Origin: Psammoneis japonica
Taxonomy: Eukaryota
Assembly (NCBI GenBank): GCA_008632985.1
Contig: QPGO01000017.1
Location: 186,001-250,000, forward strand
Direction of reading: 5' to 3'
Length of the DNA: 64,000 nucleotides
Shown piece after piece: positions 24,901-34,063 of this stretch; position 1 is the first letter of the stretch, and every line of letters starts with the position of its first letter. The notes beneath the pieces are model-generated. The model did not search any database. It was not told where the DNA came from and was given only the letters and a program-made list of their open reading frames with translations. The position numbers and the translations under genes are program-made.

Positions 24901-26299
24901 TTTCTCAGCCCCACCCATGATGTTTGTGATGCAAGAAGTCAGCTCCAAACACAAAAAGAGAGTTGAGTGGCTGCAGATGGCTTTTAGAATTCAAAATTGC
25001 ACACTGCTCTGCACACTTGATGGACAATTTGCTGAGAGCCAAGAGGGTCAAAGTTTTTCCTCTTCAATCTTTGGCTTGGTGCCCATTTTTTCTCCAACAA
25101 TTCCTTGGTGGTGCTGGGGACCTCCTGCATGCTCCATGTGCCAACTCTCAAAAAGACCATCAGAAAACCAAACTGGCCAGCAAAACATTGCCACATTTTG
25201 GGTGCTCACTTGACATCTGGCATCTCTCAGCAGATCTCCCACCCTTGCTTGTTTGGGAGCTCTGCATTTGGAGGCATGAGGCACCCATTGCAAAAAACTC
25301 TAGACCAAAATCACAAACACACAATGAGCAGTGCTCTTTCCAACTGCCATGTTGCACACAAACTTCTGCACCTTGGCTCACACATCTGGAAGCTTTTCAC
25401 ACAACCAGCCATGACAAATGACCCAGGTGACACTGCCACAAAAATTGTTTTAACAAATCTGCCTTCTTGAACCTTGGCACACAAGGAGAGGAGTTGTCAT
25501 TGTCATCTTGCTGTGCACCAGCCACAGAGAGTGAAAAAACCATGCAGAGCAAGTCAGCTCCATTTTGCAAGTGCTTGTCCTGTCAAGCACTCAGAGCTTT
25601 TGTGCACTCTGTTGGGCTTGAGAGGACAATCAGAGGAGCACAAGTGGTCCAAAAAACTGTGTTTTTCCCTGTCACTGGTGGCATGTGTTTCCCCTTTCCT
25701 CTTTCCCACATGATGCTGTGGGGTGCAACAGACCTCCCAAGTTGGGAGTGAGAATGATGATGCACAATGACTGTTTTGCTGTTGCATGCCAAACAAACAA
25801 ACTTCACTGATGTCATTGCCACTGTTGCTCCCTTGTGGCAACAACCAAACAGCCAGGATTTTGGGAGAGTCAAGCCTCCCTGTGGACAGATGACAGGTTT
25901 GATGGAGCCAGTCTTTGTTGTTGAGCCAAATCAAGCAGTGCTTCTTGCATCCCAAAAACAGTGGCACACTTCTTCAACCACCCAAGAAAGATCCAGCAGC
26001 AGTCAGAAAAGAAGGGCTCACACTGCTGAGCCTGAGAGACACAAAAATGTCTGAATCTGAAAGCTGCTGCCAAGGCAACACTGGGCAAGAACATGAAATA
26101 AACAAGATGGACAGGTTTAAAAAAAAAACAGGTCTGAAATTGAAGTGCCATTGCTTCATTGCCAGCAGCACTGATGCTGGCTGACCCACACTTCCAGCAC
26201 ATGTGACAAGTGTGGCAGAAGGAGACACAAAGGCTGGCTGGGATGGGTGTTGCCTCCCAGCAATGCCCCACCAAAGCAGCTGGCAATGGAGTGGGCACC

Positions 26300-29200
26300 A
26301 TGAAGTGCAGTGCACTTTGTTGGTTTCTCAGTGCTTTCAATCTTGGTTTTAACATGGCGACCCAATTCTGAATTGCGGAGGGCCATGCACAATGTGTTCT
26401 TCCAGTGTGTTCATCAGAACTTCTCTGTCTTTGGCGTGGCAATCCTGGCATTTGTCATGTGTGGTGTTGAGTTTGGCTTCAGCCTGTTGGCATTGGGAAG
26501 ATTTGCAAGAATCTGCTGCATCATGTCCATGAAACACAGTGTTGTGCTCTCCTCCCAGAGTTCCCACCATGACCTCCACATGTGTGCAATCCGATCTGAA
26601 CAGCCCACACAGGGGGTGGTTGATTTTCTTTCAGGCACTGTTCCAGCAGGCCTGACTCATGCATCTGCATCTCTTGAAAGGTGTTTCACAAAGCAGAGAA
26701 ATGCCCATTGAGAACACTTGTCTCCATCTGATGTTGATCTGTGCTGCTCTCCACAGTGGATGAAGGAAGAGGAAGGGGCATGCATTGGTCTTGCACACCA
26801 TCTTGTTTCAAAGCCATGCCTCCAGAGACAACAAAAGGAAATCTTGCAATGGGAGCATGGTGTCTGCCTTGTTGTTCAGACCATGGAGAAAGGTTTGTCT
26901 CCAGGCTTTGTTGTTTTGACAGCAAAGGATGTGGTCCTTGTCCTCCATGGGATGCTCACATGCAAGGCAAAAATGTGGTTGTGCTGGGTTTTGTCAGTTG
27001 GCAATTTCATTTGGAGAGGGACAAGCAATTTTCATGAGTGAGCTTGATGGTGGACAACATGCTTCTTAGAGAATCTGCAGACAAGAGGGGATGAGTGGTC
27101 CAACTGATCTTGTCTGTGACTGATTTGTCCCAGCTGTTTTGTTCACGAGTGTGTTCCATGAGGAGCAGGGGCTGCAGCTGTGCACCGCATGGACACTTTT
27201 GGTCCAGCAGCAGTGACCATTCCATCCAGAAGGCTGACATGCACTTGGCAATGGGGGAATGGCATTGCTTGGGTTGTGTTGGATGAGCATTGACCTGCCA
27301 ATTTGTCAGCTTGCACATTGACCCAAGCATTCAGAGGAAGAGTTGATGTGGGAACTTGACAATCTTGATGGCCTTTAACCCACTGGGTGACAGGTGCTTG
27401 GCCCAGGGAGGAACTGTCAACTGAAAATGCAATCTTGGTGGAGGTCTGATGGATTTTGTTGACAACATCCCAGTCAGACAACAAGACATTGGCACCATGA
27501 TGCTGGAGATTGAAATCTTTCTCTGGGCTGGCTTGGTCAAGAGTTTTGACAGATGGTCTTGAGACTGACATGCAACTGAGAATGTTTGCCAGAGCACAGT
27601 TGTCACACCAGTCATCCAAGCCCTTGCAGTGTGTCACTTGACAGAATTCAAGGACCCAAGGTGCAAAATGCAAATGGGACAGCACTCCATGGGCTTCCAG
27701 TGATGAAGGGAACCATCCAAAGAGAGGCCCATCACAATCAAAAAAGGGAACTCCTTCAATCAAAAGACAAAGTCCACCCAAAAGTTGCACTTTGAAGGTG
27801 AATGACCCATCACTCCTGGATGCAGTGGGAGAGGACACCAGGTGTCCAACAAGATCATGAAGGGACATGTGAAACACAAGATCAAGGAACAGATTCTTGG
27901 ATTTGTCCCACAGTGGAAGAGCCTGCAGGCATTCACAAAACAAGTCAGGAAGAGGTGAGTGGGTTTCCAAAGAGAGCTGCAATTGGTGGCGGGATTGAAG
28001 CTGCTGACATTTGTCATCAAAGGAAGCAAAGAGCTCAGCTGGAGAGGAGTCTTCAGAAGGGGGTGGAACAGCCTCCATTTCATGCAGAGTCAATGCTTTC
28101 TCATTGTGGGCCAAAAAGAAGTCAAGACCCACTGGGGATCAAACACATGGGAGAAATGCACCAAGGCTTGCATTTGCATCTCTCAGAGGGGGAAACCAAA
28201 CAATCTCCCCCAAAGGAGCCCACAGTTTAGCAGCAGATTTGGGGCGGCACAGTGATTTGCATGAACAGATCCAGGAGCACTGTGCAAGGTGGCAAGGCCT
28301 CTCTTGTTCCATGTTGATGAGAGTGCTGACACTGCTCAGGCAAGCAGGATCCCCATGCATCTTGGACTCATCCAGCTCCAGTCCACAGGTGAGAGTGATC
28401 TCTGAAACAGTGAAAACCTTGAGGCACAATCTGCAACAGTTGATCTGGCCAGCAGATTTCCAAGGAAGAAAGTTGGACAGATTCCAGGGCCACATCCATT
28501 GAGTGTTGGTTGTTGTTTTTGGAGAAAAAGAACACTCCATCATCTGACCAGACTGTGTTTCCTCCAATCCTTTGCAAGAAGGAGCAAACTGACATGAACC
28601 ACAAGGACTTGCAGCGAGGGTGTGAGGAGTGGTCATGTCAGTTAAAAAACTGACACCCACTCCCAAGTGCAAAACTGAGTCAAAGCAATGTGAACTGCCA
28701 CATGTGGTTGATCACCAAAGACAAAAAAGTGGCACACACCTTGTGCATGATGCAACAGTTGTTGAAGCTGTGCAACACCTTGTTTGACATCTGACAATCA
28801 GAAGCTGCCACCTCCAAGCAACTGTGGGGACCACACAAAATAAGTCATTTGGTGTTCCCCTGTTGCAACCACATTTTGCATGAGTCACACAAGCACGGCC
28901 TTTTGTTGAATCTTGAGGAGGTTTTTGGCAGTGAAGTGAGAGTTGGCCAGGACAAAGGTTGCCAATGGCAAATGACATGCATGGTGACAGCACACCAAGA
29001 TTTAGTGCAATCAAGAGGAACCAAGCAAATGAAGAGAGCTTTGCCATCACTCTTTTTCTTGCTTTTGACACTTTGAATTGCTGCTTCAGCATGCCAGCAG
29101 GGGAAGAGTGAGGGTCTTGTGAGGAGCATGGGCTGACAATTGAGTGCTGCACCTGGAGGCAGTTCAGTTTGATGGACAGGTTTTGTTCATGCTTGGCCAC
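26300..29200 (-). mobile_element. 5'-truncated, degenerate non-LTR retrotransposon (Ambal-like LINE with RNase H)
   Basis: Ordered fragments across frames: HKTL..P.G..KQQF (end of RT), AKCGCNRGTP..GP..LGG, WFMSVCSFL, QINCCRLCLKVFTVSEI...G, QERP...W, PLGE.W, RNase H motifs SDGS / GP...SS.EAHG / WCDN / SDWDV / WVKGHQD / N..AD.LA, and C-terminal WELWE.HN..FHG.D. Confidence 0.75.
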
Positions 29201-29299
29201 AACTCTGGTGGCAACAAGGAATCAAAAAATGCACTTGCCAACAGCAGCATCAAGCCACAACTTGAGCAAGATCAGCAATGGATCTTTGGACACTCAGGC

Positions 29300-31000
29300 A
29301 ACCTTTGAGGGCCTTGCACTCCCTGGAGCAATGAGCTGGGATGTGTTGTCAGCTTCAAAGGTGCACGCTCCTGTTCTGACAGGGTCATGGTGTCCTCATT
29401 GCTTTGTGGCCTGCTGCTTGTGAGACTGCTGCCTGTCAAGTGGTTGACACACATGGTGCCTTGGAATCTGTGCTCTGAGCAAGCAAGTGAACACACCTCA
29501 CCCTGCACAAAAAGGTGTGACATTTGTCTTGCCACCAGCACAAGTCTCTTTGATGTCAAGGCATTCTTGGTGTCATTCATCCACAGGTTTGCAGCAGAGT
29601 TGTGCAAAATTGTTGCTCAGCACCAGGCAGCAAGAAGAAGAGCCACAGGTGAGGGACACACACAACAAGATCTAAGAAGCACTCTCTGCTGGCACCTCAA
29701 AAGGACTCTGCTTTTGTCTTGACCCCTGCAGAGAAGTCAGCATGATCATGCTGCCTTGATGAGAAGTTGTGGTCACAAACCATCATGGCTTGTGAAACTG
29801 CAAACAGCAGCTCTCCACAGGGGCCCCACTTCTTCCAGGAGTGGCAATGTGCTGCCAGTGCAACAAAATCTCCACCACAATGGCAAAAAGAGCAGTGTGC
29901 TTTTGCCCATCATCAGATGTCCAATGCCTCCCATCTGTGGGCAGCATCTCCTTTTGTGGAAGAAACTGCAGATCCTCATGATGATCTGGCTGACTTTGCT
30001 TTTGCTTCTGACAACTGCTTGTGTGGCACATTCATGGTGGAGAGAACAGCAAATGTGTGTGCAGTCAAGGCACACACACAGTTTTTCTTGTGGCTGAGCC
30101 AGTGGTTGGTGCAGCCACCTGGAGCACCAAAGAAAAGTCTGCCAAAGAGAGTCAAAGTGTGCTCCACTTTTTGTCTTTGAGGCCTTCTGCAAGGCAGCAA
30201 AGACAGGGAAAGGTGCAGCAACTGCCCCTCAAAAGACTGAGATGGCTGTCAAAAAGAAGCAACAATGCATCAAAACAACACAGAATGTCTCAAGTGCAGT
30301 GGAAGCTCTCACAGACCTGAGGCTCAACCAAGTGGATGACAGTGACTCTGGACACTGGGAATGATCTCAAGAAGAAGAGCATCTTCCTTGTGCTCAGCCC
30401 TGACCTGAGCTGGCACACACCCCACCCAAACTTGCTCCTTCTGTTTTCACATGCACTGCTGCAGTGTGCATGCTTTGTGACTGTGCACTTGTTCTGTGTG
30501 GCTGCAAGGGTTGTGGCTTGGCATGACAATTTCTGTGCACAATGTTCAGACTCACACCCACAAAATTTGGGAGATTTGCTTGTGGTTGTTGGCAGACACA
30601 CTGTGTGTTGTTGAAGAACAAACCAAATTTTTCTCAAGTGCAGCAACTCTTGATGCAAACTGCACACAAAGAATCACACATGTGCAGTCATTTTGACCAA
30701 GGCAAGACTCTGTGCAAACAAAGCACAAAAATGATTTTTGCATCTTGTCAAACATGTCACAGCAGATTTTTTGCTGATGATCACATCCCAATGCTGGGTG
30801 TTCTTTGCATGTGCATTGAGCATGCTGCAGTTGCCACACAAGATTGTTTGCCTCCCTTTTCTTGCCTGCTGGCCATTCTTCTGAAGAGCAAAAGAAAAAC
30901 AAAAGAGGTGACATTGGCGGGTCAGTCACTTCACTGTGGGTGGGTGTGGTCTGGTTGTTGAGAACACCTTTTTGCTGTTTTTTCATCTGCTCACAGCAGG
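29300..31000 (-). mobile_element. Possible degenerate hAT-type transposase relic
   Basis: Weak motifs in the expected order: BED-finger-like GNCSMLNAHAKNTQH (~30800), TRWxS-like CTNHWLS (~30100), dimerisation-like W...LVLVARQM...SLACSEHRF (~29480). Heavily mutated. Confidence 0.3.
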
Positions 31001-31666
31001 GGTGGCTTGTCGAACAGGAGCACCACAAAAATTGTGCAGGCATTGAAGCAATGCAGCAAATCAAGAGGGTGGTCGGGCACCACCAGAGAACTTGCAGCTG
31101 CCACTGAACATGCCACCCCCTGCTGGTTTGCTCTGTTGCCATGTCAGCCAACCCAAAGCAGCAACAAAAACACTGGGCACAACTCGAACAAAAAGGGCAG
31201 GCCGGCACTGCTGCGCCAGTGGTGCAACAGACACCCAGCTCCACAACCACTGGGTGCTTGGGGATCACCACAAGGTTGTTTCACCACCAACCATCAAGGC
31301 TTGCAATGACTTTTCACCACTGCTGGTGCCAAGGATCCATGCAGCAGCCAAGAGACCTCATGGGAGGTCAGCTCCAACCAAGTGGCAAAAAAATGTGTTC
31401 CACAGCTGTTCCCAAGAGTCAAAAGAGGACTTTGGATGTTGCTGTGTGTCCAAACATTGCACACTCCAGGTGACTGCACTTGAACCTTGTGCAAGGCATC
31501 AACAAACAAGGTGAGACAATGCCAAGTTGTTGCTTTGGCTCTGGAAAAGTGAGTTGTCGTCTCCGACAATGACTCCTCCCACCACACCATCCACAGGAGG
31601 GTGGGTGCACACTGGGAGTGAGGGCTGTTCTCCCATCAGAATCACCATTGCATCAATGCAGCAGCA

Positions 31667-32190
31667 ATGTGTGTGGATTTGAGTCCAGCATGGCATGGTG
31701 AGCATCATTGCCATCAACTCCACTTTTGTGCATTGCATGTCAAAGCTCGCATCTGGGAGTCTGCTCTCCTTGAGCACCATGATTGTCACCACAGAGCCAA
31801 CAAATGTGATCCTGCTTGTGAAAATGCCACTGAAAACACACTCAATGTCAAGAGCTCAATGCAATTGTGGAATGTGGAAGAGCATTGGCAGCATCAGATT
31901 GTGCATGGGCATGAAAGTCTCCGCGAGACTTTTGCCCAGCAACCAGTGGTTCAGGAGGAACAGACACATTTGATTGAACAACAATGATGAAAAAGAAGCA
32001 AACTGACCAAGCAACGTGATTTGTTCTTTGTTGGATGGTTTGTTCTCACCTCTCAATGTCACTAAGGAAGACAGCATTGATCATGTGCTGATGACAGTCG
32101 ACCACACTATTCAGTGTGGAGAGGACCTAGACGTCCGAGAAGCAGAACGCGACGACGAGTCTGGATCGGCAGAAGCACTGGGCTTGACTT
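31667..32190 (+). pseudogene. Degenerate duplicate of the 3' half of GPN3
   Basis: MVSIIAINSTFVHCMSKLASGSLLSLSTMI vs MVSVFVVDSTFVCDTSKFISGSLLSLSAMI; NTLNVKSSMQLWNVEE vs NMLNVESATQLWDMEE; 32049-32145 nearly identical to 23311-23408. Frameshifts and TGA stops. Confidence 0.95.
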
Positions 32191-32240
32191 AATCCTAGAA
32201 ATATGACAAATCTAGGAAAGAAATTTTAATGCTTGAATGA

Positions 32241-33653
32241 TTATCGGGAACTGCTGGTCACTGAGTTTCCACAGTCTGCAGTCGCGATCCCCACTCGCTT
32301 ACCCTCAACGTCAAAGTAAATGTCTTTATTAATCATGCCGTTGGCTCCAATAACCGCACCCTCAGCTTCATCCACGTAAACTCGATTTATTAATTCCTCT
32401 GTACCAGACCAGGGCTTGACCTTACCTGTTTCATCCAGCGGTACTCCTTCCATGAACGACTCTGGGAACAACGTAAAGGGGACTCCTTTGCTTTTGTCGT
32501 TGTTGATTTCATGGCCAAGACCACCGCCAGTCGCGAAACCTCCGCTCGCCAAAACAAAGTTTATTCGGGGCAGCGTGAGGAACTCATCGAATGTGTATAG
32601 TCGCGTGCGCTTCTCGTAGTCCATGCCAGTGACCTGCTTCCAAGCTTTCTTAAAACTGCCCTCGACTGCTTGCGGGAGATAAGTGTCGGTTGTCCCGCTA
32701 TCGAGAATAGTGCCCTTACCACTTGCAAATGCTGTGAGTTCACTAGCAAGCCACCAACTTTGCAAGGAAGCTTCTCGGCATGCCACGCAAACGTGTCCAA
32801 CCCTCACCTCCAATACGGCGACACTATACCAACTCTTGGCGGTCTTCACCAAGGGCGAGAATTTCATTGGTTCCAGATGTCTTGATGTCAGAGCACCACC
32901 GAGTGAAAAATGTCCACCAGCAGCTGTGAGGCACATGGAAAACGCGTTCCGTGGTATTGATCCCAATTGGTACATAGCTTGGATGACAGACGTGTCATGC
33001 ATTGCCAAACCCAGAATCCCATCAGCATACTGCTTTGTAAATAATCCCGTCTCTTGGGTTTGACATCCAAATGCATATGGGATCGCCATACGCATAAACG
33101 ACTCATAGCTCTCCTCCTCTTCAGGGGATCCAAACCAAACAATGTCCTCGGTTTCATACGCTCGCCACGAAGATCCCTCTGTGTACTTTTGAGACAAGTG
33201 ACATTTGTTGTCACGCGGTGAACAAGTAGCAATGTCTTCCAAGAAACATTTCCCGCACTCTGGTATTACGTCGGTAGTGCTCACGGCTGGATCAAAGAAA
33301 CTCGATGTGTGCTTCCCACACTGTCGGCAGGGTCGACACGGAAATGCCATGAGTCGAGAGCCCGTGTCAACAATGAGGGCCTGTCTTTGCGGTGGTGATC
33401 CCACGTATACGTAAACATGGTGAGTCCCTGAAGTTGCATGAAGCGGAACTGTCAAGGAAGCCTCTTGTACTTCAAAGGTTTCCGATTCACCAGTCTGTGA
33501 ACGAAGAGTCTCAGTGTCAATGGCGAGCTCCGAGTCACCACCCCGAAGACTCGCAAGCCGTCGTCCGGTTGTAGGTATGACTGCCAATCTCACAACAAGC
33601 CCCGTGCAAATCAGAATCAACAACAAGTCGGTGCGTATTCGAAGCCAACCCAT
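32241..33653 (-). CDS. A1-family aspartic protease (plasmepsin V/APCB1-like), secreted or ER
   Basis: Signal anchor; catalytic LIVDTGS and ILDSGTT; flap YTEGSSW; FGCQ..ETGLF..QYADGILGL; C-terminal VIGAN...FD...RVGIA.ADC. Confidence 0.93.
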   Translation of the reverse strand: MGWLRIRTDLLLILICTGLVVRLAVIPTTGRRLASLRGGDSELAIDTETLRSQTGESETFEVQEASLTVPLHATSGTHHVYVYVGSPPQRQALIVDTGSRLMAFPCRPCRQCGKHTSSFFDPAVSTTDVIPECGKCFLEDIATCSPRDNKCHLSQKYTEGSSWRAYETEDIVWFGSPEEEESYESFMRMAIPYAFGCQTQETGLFTKQYADGILGLAMHDTSVIQAMYQLGSIPRNAFSMCLTAAGGHFSLGGALTSRHLEPMKFSPLVKTAKSWYSVAVLEVRVGHVCVACREASLQSWWLASELTAFASGKGTILDSGTTDTYLPQAVEGSFKKAWKQVTGMDYEKRTRLYTFDEFLTLPRINFVLASGGFATGGGLGHEINNDKSKGVPFTLFPESFMEGVPLDETGKVKPWSGTEELINRVYVDEAEGAVIGANGMINKDIYFDVEGKRVGIATADCGNSVTSSSR

Positions 33654-34063
33654 GTTGATTTTCTTCTTGGGTGTCAGATTGGCAAAGTTCGCAATCTTAC
33701 TTGTTAGACGTCATCGACGAGCGCCACGACCACGACGGCGGCGACCACCATTTTCTGTTTGATATTTTTGATTTTTTTGTGCCGTGATCCGATTTCCAGA
33801 TTGGTGACCGAACGATATATTAGATAAATATGTATGAATATTAATTACATTATTTTAATAAATAAGGGTGATGTCACAACGGAAAAAGCATTCATTCGCA
33901 ATGTCCTCCGTGTTTTGCCGCTCGGCGGACGCAGCACGCATGGCGGCGGCAAGAAGAGAGCGCAGTTTTTTCCTTCAGGCGTGAACTGTTGAAAGCTTTT
34001 GATAGGTCGCTTCGCCCCTCTTGCTCATCCTCATGCTTATTTTTCAATTTGGAGTTGGAAAGA

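Larger units (their letters stand above)
24100..32050. mobile_element. ~8-kb cluster of decayed transposon relics, TpA- and CpG-depleted
   Basis: Near-absence of TA and CG, excess of TG/CA, no long intact ORF. Contains recognisable LINE and possible hAT fragments and a (CT)n tract. Flanked by duplicated host sequence. Confidence 0.85.

Noticed and set aside
24100..32050. Horizontally acquired or viral DNA explaining the odd composition
   Set aside because: A host GPN3 duplicate inside the block shows the same conversion, so the composition arose in situ.
23600..32100. Dense overlapping ORFs in all six frames (also 1-1300 and 60400-64000) as real Cys/His-rich genes
   Set aside because: Loss of TA removes TAA/TAG stops and Tyr codons, which inflates ORF length. 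Products are Tyr-free, overlap on both strands and only make sense as frameshifted TE fragments.
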